The position numbers and the translations under genes are program-made. From contig CBDAOC010000019.1 of the NCBI GenBank assembly GCA_965197925.1, positions 480,001 to 544,000 of the forward strand: a DNA stretch of 64,000 nt, read 5' to 3'. Below the pieces are notes generated by a model, which saw only the letters and a list, made by a program, of their open reading frames with translations, was not told the DNA's origin and ran no database searches. The stretch comes from Nitrososphaerales archaeon (GTDB lineage: Archaea; Thermoproteota; Nitrososphaeria; Nitrososphaerales; UBA213). Shown piece after piece: positions 1 to 9,572 of this stretch; position 1 is the first letter of the stretch, and every line of letters begins with the position of its first letter.

Positions 1-103
1 AACATGTTTTCTTCCGCTAACAAGTCTATTACCGACAAATTTTGATAAACCCTTCTCATCTCTTCAACTATCATCAATTATGCTTGATTCAGGCTTCATA
101 TCA

Positions 104-286
104 TCACCTTAACTGCCGTGTAACATTTAGTTTGCAATGATCCACATCTGAGACATCGATTATTTTACCAACACAATTTTCATCTTCAGCTTCAATAATC
201 TCAAACTTACCATTTCTCTTATACCTTATGCTGGCCTTAACCTGCTGTCCTCCGACCCTGACAACACACCATGATGATTCTTTCAT
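104..286 (-). CDS. small hypothetical protein (60 aa)
   Basis: Plausible beta-rich ORF with an AT-rich TATA-like tract upstream; family not recognised. Confidence 0.55.
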   Translation of the reverse strand: MKESSWCVVRVGGQQVKASIRYKRNGKFEIIEAEDENCVGKIIDVSDVDHCKLNVTRQLR

Positions 287-456
287 TGTATATTTTATAT
301 AATTACAGATTGAAGTACCTTGCCTTTGACCGTTCAGAAATTAATTGAACGCTTGTATGTATTTATTGGTTTCATAATCATGTTAATTTCTTTTCACATT
401 TATTACTAAAATTGCCCACTTGAGAAGTATAGTTGACATGAGAGAAACATCCTCTT

Positions 457-1302
457 CTAGTTATGTAGGGAATGAAAGTGGTTTTTCTCTGTTAAAGTTA
501 AATGTTTACTCGAACCAGGGTTATTAGTTGTAAAGCAAGATTGGAAAGAATCTAAGGTTGAATCTTGTTTCCTTGCTTCTTCTAGGACTTCCTTTTGTTT
601 GGCATCAGAAGGTGTAATGTGCTTTGAAACGTAGGTTCTGGCTTCTGGTCCTAGTTCCTTCAATGTCTCCAAAGCTTTCTGGCAGTCTGAACCTAGTTCC
701 GATTGAAACTCTCAACCTTTAGGTGTTACAATAAACTTTCCAGCACATACTTGTTTCTCTTAGTTTGCTGACTCATTAATCTCCACCATAGCTTTCATAA
801 CTGAGTATTCATCATTTAGTCTTTCGATAATATTCTTTAGTTCCTCTAATGGGTCATCAAATTCAGTTTCATATTCATAGCCTAGCTGTTCTTTAATAGA
901 TTGAATAGATTGTCTAACAGATTCAAGTAATTCTTCCTTGGACGCATTCTGTGCATCTAATTCTTCTTTTAGTTGATTAATGCTTTCAACCTTCTCTTCA
1001 ATGAGTGAAGATTAAGCTGCCATTTTCTTGGATTGGGAAGAATTTACACCTAAACACCTTTCAACTTCTAATTTACTCATTAGACTATTCTTGATTAAAA
1101 TAGATGCTAGCTGGAGAAGTCTTTTCTTGATTTCTTTAGTAGTATCAGATTGTAGAATACCATGCCTACCATTGGTTCTGAATCCTTTTACCCTTCCCAA
1201 ACCTATGACAACCTGTACATAGATATCAGGATCGAGTGAGCATGGATCGAACTTTCTACGACTGGCGTTTTTCCCGCAAATGGGGAATACAAGTAAGCTC
1301 AT
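457..1302 (-). pseudogene. fragmented ORFs, probably a decayed foreign/mobile segment
   Basis: Broken ORFs 457-672 and 1012-1302; the latter has PICGK..FDP.SLDPDIY..GLGR.KGF, resembling a degenerate zinc-ribbon protein; charged coiled-coil-like coding sequence lies between them. Confidence 0.35.
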
Positions 1303-1401
1303 ACCTAGTTTTCATATTCTTACTATTTGATCTTGTCGGTGAAAGTTTTATCACTTTAGTTAGTTAGTAACATATGTTCCTAAGGGTGAGTAACATTATA
1401 A

Positions 1402-1565
1402 GGTAAAGGTAAGGTATTACCTAGGTATGGTAAAGGTATAGTATAGGGTACCCTATACCCATGGTAAAGGTAAATAAGGTTTGTAAAAAGCCAGTTGCAT
1501 GGCGGGTTCAGATGTTTGTAACACCTATAATTATCATAATTATCCTAATACTATAATTATTATAG
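1402..1565. repeat. cluster of short direct repeats and palindromes followed by an AT-rich tract
   Basis: GGTAAAGGTA at 1402, 1429 and 1463; palindromes TACCTAGGTA (1418-1427) and GTATAGGGTACCCTATAC (1441-1458); TATAATTAT-rich tract at about 1525-1565. Confidence 0.7.
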
Positions 1566-1905
1566 TTGATATAAAAAAAGATATATTTATTTGGTTACTC
1601 GACTAACATTACTTGTGACCTTAGCTATCTAACCTAAAACTAAGAAAGAACAGATAGGGTCACTGCTTCATGAAGGTTAGTCAGCGCTGATGACGGTGTT
1701 GACGTAAGTGAAAGTAACGAAAACAATAATATCAAAGCAAAGAAGTACCAGTTTAAAGAAACAACAATCTTTCATTTTTATTTGATAATTGGTCTTCATA
1801 TCCTAAAGGAAATGACATTGTTACCGGAGATGTTTTCTAAATCCTTGACAATAAAGTGTTAATTAGTCAAAATTCCACAATCAAACTTTATCAATTGCTA
1901 CCATT

Positions 1906-2118
1906 TTACTCAAAAAACTCTATTGATGTCGGACTCGGCCTAACATACCTTTTATTCCTATCCAATTCAGCAAAACCAAATCTGACTAGAAAACTTATGT
2001 TCTTATCCGTTGTTTCTTTAGTTAAATCAAACCTACGTTGAATCTCGCTAATTTCAACCTCACCTTTATTTATTATAGACATCAATATTCCCTCTAGTAA
2101 ATCTATCAAGCCAGTCAC
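1906..2118 (-). CDS. small winged-helix DNA-binding protein
   Basis: 70 aa with pattern ISEIQRRFDL...ISFLVRFGFAE...YVRPS; GAGGGG SD-like motif upstream. Confidence 0.5.
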   Translation of the reverse strand: MTGLIDLLEGILMSIINKGEVEISEIQRRFDLTKETTDKNISFLVRFGFAELDRNKRYVRPSPTSIEFFE

Positions 2119-2385
2119 CCCTCAATCCCCTCATACGGTAGGTTTTTGTACTAAATAACCATGTGTGGATAAAATCCATTAATTTTCTATAACACAATCG
2201 TCATAAAATCATGGTAGCAACGTATGTTAGGTAACAAAAACCTAAAGCGGGAGGAATGTTAATGAACTGTTGGAAGGTATCTGAACTTCTATCATATGGT
2301 ATTCTTTCTCATCTCTGTCTTTTAATATAATTGGGATTCTCTCTTTCTGCTTTTGATACTTTGAGCGATGCATACTCTTATTCGT

Positions 2386-2624
2386 ATCAAGTATAATAGA
2401 TTCGATGTCATTCATGACAATAGTTTCTGGATTTCTTGGCCGGAGCACCTCTTGGAATGGAAGAAAAGTTAATACCAGACTCTTGTGCTTTTGTTTTATC
2501 AAAGATCAAGTATAATAGATTCGATGTCATTCATGACAATAGTTTCTGGATTTCTTGGCCGGAGCACCTCTTGGAATGGAAGAAAAGTTAATACCAGACT
2601 CTTGTGTTTGTTTTATCAAAGATC
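2386..2624. repeat. 119-bp tandem duplication
   Basis: ATCAAGTATAATAGATTCG...TTATCAAAG starts at 2386 and again at 2505, near-identical. Confidence 0.9.
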
Positions 2625-2682
2625 TCTTCATTTAGTTCATCATCTACAGAAATGAGAGTAGATAATTTTCTTGGTACTGATC

Positions 2683-3015
2683 TTAACCTTTTATTTCTTC
2701 TTCCAAAATATCCAATGACTTGAGAAATATCTCCTTACTCCTCTTCATTATCCAGTCAGGGAATTCATTTATTGTAAATACAAATTGTTGTTGAAAGCTT
2801 GGAGGTATGAACCCTCCATGGGTAATTACCTGCACTATGACATAGAAATGCGTAACTGTTGCAACTTCTTCTTCCATAGCATGTTCACTTTCTTCAATAG
2901 ATTGTCTATAAAGAATCAATGGTATACCTGTCTTAGCCGAAATAACACTAGCTTTATGCAACAGATCTTTGAATCTGGTTATGAGCCATTCATCTAAAGT
3001 TACTTGTTTCTTCAT
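2683..3015 (-). CDS. conserved hypothetical protein (thaumarchaeal type)
   Basis: Intact 110-aa ORF with ATG start and a TATA-like tract about 25 nt upstream. Confidence 0.7.
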   Translation of the reverse strand: MKKQVTLDEWLITRFKDLLHKASVISAKTGIPLILYRQSIEESEHAMEEEVATVTHFYVIVQVITHGGFIPPSFQQQFVFTINEFPDWIMKRSKEIFLKSLDILEEEIKG

Positions 3016-3134
3016 ACAACATCACTATACTATTAATTATATAATAGCAAGATGACAAATATTCTTTACCTTTTGTTATCCGCACTGAATAATCTTCCCA
3101 TGATCTCTGTAGGACTTTAGCATTTAGATATATT

Positions 3135-4010
3135 GAAGTCATCCCAATACTCTCCAATACATCATAATCGACGAAATGATAACAAATGCCAGATAGTTTT
3201 GTGCATTCTTCTCATATCTGATCCTGGTTCTGTGGAACCCATTCTTCAACCAGGCAAAGAATCTCTCCACAACATAGCGCGTCTTGCCGTATAGGTATTG
3301 TTCTGTATTATCATTTTGTTGTTGTGTCTTACTGTTTTTTCTGTAAGGTATGCAGTCAGAGATTTTTCTTTTGGTGAGGTATTTCCTGATGAATTCTGCA
3401 TCATAGCCCTTGTCTGCTTGGCACCGCGCAATTTTTCTGATAGATCTCTCATCCAGATATTGTGAGATGCCATCCATCACGTCTACAAATCTGGGAGTCA
3501 TGCTGATTTGCAGGACATTACTACTGAGACTGGCAGTCCGTTTTGTTCCACCGCAACGTGTATTTTTGTGCCTGAAATCCTGTTGAATCCGTTGTATCCT
3601 ATGACGCTTCCCCTTTTTTGGCCGGAATTGATGACGAATCGACCGTTTTTTGCAGCTGCATCTTGCCTGATCTGTGGGCTGATTTGACTGCAGCGGAGAG
3701 GATATTCTTCCATATTCCACGTCGCTGCCAGTTCTGCAGTCTGCGGTGCGCAGTTGATTTGGAGCCGTACCTTTGTGACATCCCAGTCCACCTGCATCCT
3801 GTTATCCCGACAAACAGGATTCCGTTGACTGTCTTTCTGTCGTCTGCCCTTGGCCTTCCGGTTCTGGCTGGCTTGGGGAGATGCGGTGATATCATCTTCC
3901 ATTGTTCACCTGTTATCTCCTGAAATTTCATGTTCTGCTACAGGCAGCATTGCAAATAGATCCAAATGATCGTCAATTATTCACTAAATGATCAGTTTTG
4001 GGATCAGTTG
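3135..4010 (-). mobile_element. IS5-family element with split transposase (ORF A 3599-3931, ORF B frameshifted)
   Basis: Motifs TGRPR..D.RK..NGI..V..TGC.W, VDSS, ADKGYD, RYVVERFFAWLK..RYEK; A6G4 slippery site; imperfect 16-bp TIRs; ATT 3-bp duplication at 3132-3134 and 4011-4013. Confidence 0.9.
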
Positions 4011-5290
4011 ATTAATTTCCTGCACTTCATACACCAAAGGAATGGGATCGTTAAGTTTTTCCCAAACAAATATTTGTATTTTGAATATCCCTTTTGTTTC
4101 AGGGATCCATGACTGTTGAACATCTGACGTCTCTTCAGCTGCCAGCCTTCCCATTACCCAGTTGAATGATTCCGTTATATCTGTTGAATTATTTATTAAA
4201 GTAATGTATACATATCGTTGTGGTAATTTTAGAACGCTTGTTAGTTTCGAATGAATGACAACTTCATCCCCCACGTTAATCTCTGGAACTTCAGACCCCT
4301 TGGAGTTAATTAAGCGTCTCCGAAATATGTAAAGATTCATCATAATTTGGTCTAACATTAATCGACATATGCTTTCTGCTATCTAAGATAGAAAATGTAA
4401 TATTATATGTTCCATATCGGATCAATTTGTCAAGCTTAAATTTATAACTAAATTGCCCAAATTGCTCTACCACAATATCATCAGTCAAGTAAGGTTGTTT
4501 ATTGGGACCGAAAACCACTATTGACAAAGGCTGCTGTAGAAAAACAGGTTTGATTGACCCTGTAATTCTAACTGTATCCCAGTGTCAAAATCGGTCAACT
4601 TTGTCAAAGCATTAATCGCAATTGAAGGATCTTCTGAAGGATCTCCCACAATTATTTTCCCTATCATCCATGGATGTATGGTGCAAAAATAGGGAAATAT
4701 ATCAGAAAAATCAAATTTATGCTCAAAAGTTCCCTTTGGACTTATAAAGGGAAATCCTGAATCAAATAGGACCCCATAATCAGCACGATCAGGAACACCG
4801 CTTGTTATACTGTGACTAATAATATCCTTGTTAGCCCATACAACTGTAGTTCCCCTTGTAACGGAAAGTACTTTAGGACCAAAAGATTTCTTTGAATTCT
4901 CTAGACCTGCGCCGTATTGAATTACCACATCAACTTGATTTAGTGTTCGTCCAAGTTGAAATGATGTTTGGGCAAACCCTCCGGCGTGCACAGCCTTGAC
5001 TGTATAAATACCAGTTACGGCTTTACTTTCTTCTATTATGAATTTATAAGAGTATTTTCCAAAAATGGTAGCTAAATCAATTATTTTATACAAATCGCCA
5101 TTAGGATCTATAACGGAGATTTTCACAGGAGAATCGTTAGTAAGGTTTGATGTACTTCCCTGTATAACTATCTCTTCTCCTTTCTCATACAACTCCTCTT
5201 CCACTAATATAGTCACAACTGTGCTACCAGAACTAAACTCTAATGGGAGAAGCAATGATAGAATGAGAATAGAGCTTAGTAATACAAATG
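4011..5290 (-). pseudogene. secreted cupredoxin (plastocyanin/azurin-like) multidomain protein, frameshifted and IS-truncated
   Basis: W.N.D...HSITSG and YFCTIHPWM.G type-1 copper motifs; signal-peptide-like N-terminus; split over three frames; the 3' end runs into the IS TIR. Confidence 0.8.
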
Positions 5291-5568
5291 AACTTTGAAT
5301 TAACTATCACCTCTTCGCCGTTGACCTTGTCCATAATTTAAATGAGTATTCTGGAAATAATTACAGCATTGTAAAAATAAGATATTTGTATAGCACAATA
5401 TAAGTATCAGACTCCTAATACAGTTGAATTATTGTACTTCATCGTAAAAGCATTGTGTAACTTATAAGCTATATAAGGTATCTTTTCAAGTAATGGTAAC
5501 AAGTCTGTATCTACCATTACATAACACAAAAATAAGAATCGGTAAGTTGTCTATGGTGATAGGGTTAA

Positions 5569-6360
5569 TTGATATCTCTCATTAAGCTCTTCTTGCGACT
5601 CGGCCGCATTTACACCCTCTATGAATGGTATCTAAAGAATCAATTCGATCAGGAAAGAATACCAAAGCACATTGGGTTTATAATCGATGGAAATAGACGG
5701 TGGGCCAGAACCAATATGCTAAGTAAATTGGATGCATATACTTTAGGAGCGAACAAATTGGAAGAAGTTCTTGACTGGTGCCTAGATATCAATGTTCAAT
5801 CAGTGACTGTGTACGTTCTTTCGACTGAGAACTTCACTAGAAAGACAGAGGATATCCAGGCTTTGTATAAGGTGTTGGAAGAGAGGTTGAAAAGATTATA
5901 TCATGACAAAAGGGTGTATGAGAAACAAATAAGAATAAAGGTTATTGGAAAGGTAGAACTGCTACCTGATAAAATTATCAAACATATCCGTGTCTTAGAA
6001 GATTTAACAAGGGATTATGATAGACATTACCTCAACATTGCTCTTGCATACGGGGGTAGAGCAGAAATCGTAGAGTCTGTGAAAACAATTGCAGGGCAGA
6101 TTGCCAAGGGTGAGATTGATGTTAATAAGATCACTGAACAGATTGTTGCGCAAAACCTTTACACCTACCACTTACCCAATCCAGATCCAGATTTGATAAT
6201 AAGAACTTCAGGAGAAGCAAGGCTAAGTGGTTTCCTCCTCTGGCAGTCTGCCTACAGTGAACTGGTATTTGTTGATACTTTCTGGCCCGAATTCAGAAAG
6301 ATAGATTTGATGAGAACAATAAGGACTTATCAAGCCAGACAGAGAAGGTATGGTAAATAG
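5569..6360 (+). CDS. uppS: cis-prenyltransferase (polyprenyl/undecaprenyl diphosphate synthase)
   Basis: PKHIGFIIDGNRRWA, STENF, YGGRAEI, PDLIIRTSGE.RLSGFLLWQSAYSEL. Confidence 0.96.
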   Translation: MISLIKLFLRLGRIYTLYEWYLKNQFDQERIPKHIGFIIDGNRRWARTNMLSKLDAYTLGANKLEEVLDWCLDINVQSVTVYVLSTENFTRKTEDIQALYKVLEERLKRLYHDKRVYEKQIRIKVIGKVELLPDKIIKHIRVLEDLTRDYDRHYLNIALAYGGRAEIVESVKTIAGQIAKGEIDVNKITEQIVAQNLYTYHLPNPDPDLIIRTSGEARLSGFLLWQSAYSELVFVDTFWPEFRKIDLMRTIRTYQARQRRYGK

Positions 6361-6435
6361 CTTTCATGATAGAACATTCATTTTAAAATAGCTAAACAAG
6401 AACATAGGTTATAATACCTCTTTCATACGAATGTG

Positions 6436-7227
6436 TCACTTTTCTAAAACTTTTATTACTTTCTCATATTCCTTGAGTGTATTGATGGGTATCCACTTGC
6501 TGCTTGCAATAAAGAAACCTGAAAGTTTGCGTTCATTAGCCAATATTGGAAGAACGCCGGACTCCAACTCTACTGCGTCAATATCTTCCAAGTCAATCGC
6601 ATATTCGATAATTTCGTAGACCGCGGGCTCAAAGATGTAGATACCAATTGATGTTGGTTTGTGTATGAGTGGTTTCTCTTTGAAACCTAGGATCAATCCA
6701 TTGGGATCTACGCTTGCTTCCCCATATGGATATTCTGTACCAGGAACTAATACTATTGAACCTATACAACTACGGTGTATTACCGAGTCAAGATGAGACT
6801 TCAAAAAACGAGAGAAAATGTCTTTTTCTAATACAACATCATCAGGAAATAATATTAAACTCCTCTTTGTTCTATCAAATTTGTGGCTTTTTAATGCTTG
6901 TTTTATTGCTTTTCCCTTGCCCCAGTCGACATTTCCAATAGGATCAATACTAAATTCCGCCTGAATACCGTATTTTGAACCGTCGCCAATATGTTCCATC
7001 ACTAACTCGTGCTTGTGACCAACGAGGAATACAAATTGCTTAAATCCTTCCTTCGTTAAAGACTCAATTGTTCTATCAATCAACTTTTTTCCAGAAATTT
7101 CAAGAAGACATTTTGGTATGTCTATTCCCATCCTCTTTGCTTTTCCACCTGCTACGACTATAACCTGAGTCTTGTCTATTTCGTACTGCAACTTGCTAAA
7201 TTCCAGAATTAACCTCCTCCTTGACAA
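6436..7227 (-). CDS. sugar-phosphate nucleotidyltransferase family protein
   Basis: AGGKAKRM..PKCL, PYG, FKEKP, GIYIF motifs. Confidence 0.88.
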   Translation of the reverse strand: MSRRRLILEFSKLQYEIDKTQVIVVAGGKAKRMGIDIPKCLLEISGKKLIDRTIESLTKEGFKQFVFLVGHKHELVMEHIGDGSKYGIQAEFSIDPIGNVDWGKGKAIKQALKSHKFDRTKRSLILFPDDVVLEKDIFSRFLKSHLDSVIHRSCIGSIVLVPGTEYPYGEASVDPNGLILGFKEKPLIHKPTSIGIYIFEPAVYEIIEYAIDLEDIDAVELESGVLPILANERKLSGFFIASSKWIPINTLKEYEKVIKVLEK

Positions 7228-8262
7228 ATCCGAACCTTTTCATGAATTCTATATTACTCACAGCAGAAGCGTCAATCTCTTTTGCCAATGCAAGATAAAC
7301 ACTAGTAAAGTCACCTAAATAGCTTAAGGAAAGAAGCCTAGAGAGTTCAGATCTTCCTTCCCTCCAATACTCGCAAATCTTTGCCCCTTTTTGCTGGATC
7401 ATATATTCTGCAAGCATTAATTTTTTCTTGAAGACCTACTTCGTGTTCATAAATTAAATCTCTAAGTAAAATAAGCGCATAGTTTCCGTGTACATTTCCG
7501 ACCGAATCCCACGCCTCTATTTCATTATGAAGGAGTTCAGGAAAGATATCGTAGTAGCAATGAACCTTCGAATTTTCATTAAACTGTTGTTTCCATCGAA
7601 TTGCGACGCTATCTGTAAAATTCTGTTCCCCATAAACAATTGGGAATCTTCCTAGAAGTTCAAACGCAAGCGAGCGTGCAACATTTTTCGCTACGGGAAT
7701 CTCAGGCCCGCATTTTTCTTTGATATTGTTCAACACTTCTACAGTCTCAACCACATCATTCTCCACCCCCTTTAGAATACCTATTTTTTCCAGCATAAGT
7801 AAAATTGGAATCAACATGTATCCAAGTGATGCTCTACTATGCCCATTCTGTGGAACAGTCAAACACGGTATATGTCCCTCATAACATGAAGTTTTAACGC
7901 CTCTCCACCTGTCACTACAATAGTCTTCGCTCCAGCATGCTTACAGGACCATAAAGTGTCTAATGTCTCACGAGTTTTACCTGAGTAGGTTGCACCAATG
8001 ACAAGGCTATTTTCGTCAATATAAGAGGTGGAAGAAGATGTTTGTTTACATAAAGAGGTATTCTTGAATTTCGTAACAATACACGCATAAAGTCACCTAC
8101 TATACCAGAACCTCCCATTTCGCGAACAACAAGATTAGAAATTTTATCATAATTGAAACAAAGATCTAGCTCTTTTTTCATCTTTAACACTTCTAAGACC
8201 TGCGTTGGGAAATTCAATACTCTATCTAACATATCAGATTTTTCGACTGAAGCTAGTGTCAT
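7196..8262 (-). pseudogene. bifunctional phosphoglucose/phosphomannose isomerase (SIS), frameshifted
   Basis: MGGSG, YSGKT.ET, RWKQQFNENSK, PELLHNEI motifs spread over several frames; three apparent indels. Confidence 0.88.
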
Positions 8263-9147
8263 TATATGGTATGCTAGTGTGATAAAGCAAATAAACATCT
8301 ATGGACAATCGGAACCAATTTTCCGTATTTTAGATTGAGTAACATTGATTACATATAAAATTATATTTTTTTCTAGATCAATATTGCTTATTATATAAGC
8401 CGTGGTTCAATAGAATAATTCACAGAGAAAAGGGCTAGATATTGTGTCCAGTGAAACAAATCCTAAATAAATTCATAGGGTAAAGTAGTTACTTGTGTTC
8501 TCACGTTATTAGAGCGAAATACCATCTTCAAAGCATACGAGGAGGTCTGATAATTTTTCTTCTGAAGAATTTGTAACTAACCTTCTCCTCCACCAACACT
8601 TACTAACCCTGATTTCTTCCACCTGGCTTTATTTCTAATAATCGATTTGTCTCTAAATAATATTAATTTCTTGCGTGTAAATAAGATATTATACCAAAAT
8701 GTTTCCATTCTTGGGTATAACCCTATCCTTCAATGATAACATCGCTCCTGTAAGAAGTTAAACCTCCGAATACTCTCAACTATGTGATTTTTCGGGTTGA
8801 TTTCTCAATCATGAAAGTTATCAATATATTCAGGGCCTTCCAAATGGTATTTCTCTATAGTATAAGAAAAAAAATACATAATCAATTACAACAATAGCAA
8901 GATCATTCTATTAATCTAAACAAATCAGAGATTATCACAAAACAAGAGGAAATTTTTGAATAAACTACATCCTTTACAACAATGAGATTTAATTTAATTT
9001 AATATAACACAAGTTACATGCTACAGATACGGGTTCTGTCGGGTTAACGGGTGCTGGGATTTCAGGCATTTGGAACCGGATATCTGTACCTTATAATACC
9101 TAAAGGTACAAAGGAGGATTTATAATCTCTGCAAACACGCATCAGAC

Positions 9148-9246
9148 ATGATCAAAACACCATCATGGACAGACGAAGAACTAAAGAAAGCTGCAGCAGT
9201 AATCAAGGATTTTAAAGCAGGAAAAGTCAAGGTTCTAACAGAATAA
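9148..9246 (+). CDS. tiny hypothetical protein (32 aa)
   Basis: MIKTPSWTDEELKKAAAVIKDFKAGKVKVLTE; TTTATA box about 28 nt upstream. Confidence 0.4.
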   Translation: MIKTPSWTDEELKKAAAVIKDFKAGKVKVLTE

Positions 9247-9256
9247 TTTCAAAGGT

Positions 9257-9427
9257 ATGGCTGACAATTACAGGATACCGGACAGTATCAACTATAACGG
9301 TTCCAAAGATTTCAAAGCAATCATTCACGAGTATGTGGAAAACAAAGAAAAATGTCCTGAACCCAACATTTGTAGGAACGATCATGAGATTGGGAAAGTT
9401 TACATCCCTCAAGAGGATGCTGTATGA
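9257..9427 (+). CDS. small hypothetical protein (56 aa)
   Basis: Hand-translated ORF MADNYRIPDS...QEDAV; stop overlaps the next start (ATGA). Confidence 0.45.
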   Translation: MADNYRIPDSINYNGSKDFKAIIHEYVENKEKCPEPNICRNDHEIGKVYIPQEDAV

Positions 9428-9567
9428 GCATGAAAGTTGAAGGTGCGTATTGGAAACATGAATGTAATCGATGCGGTGAGATTTGGTACAGCAGGAACGA
9501 ATCCCCAAAGAACTGCAACAACAAGAAATGTAACTCGCCATACTGGAACAAGAAACGTGTAAGGTGA
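9424..9567 (+). CDS. small zinc-ribbon protein (47 aa)
   Basis: CNRCGEIW...PKNCNNKKCNSPYWN four-Cys motif; translationally coupled to the upstream ORF. Confidence 0.7.
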   Translation: MSMKVEGAYWKHECNRCGEIWYSRNESPKNCNNKKCNSPYWNKKRVR

Positions 9568-9572
9568 TTTAT

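Noticed and set aside
7196..8262. BHB introns explaining the PGI/PMI (and cupredoxin) breaks
   Set aside because: The breaks look like small indels with no inserted hairpin or BHB geometry that I could find
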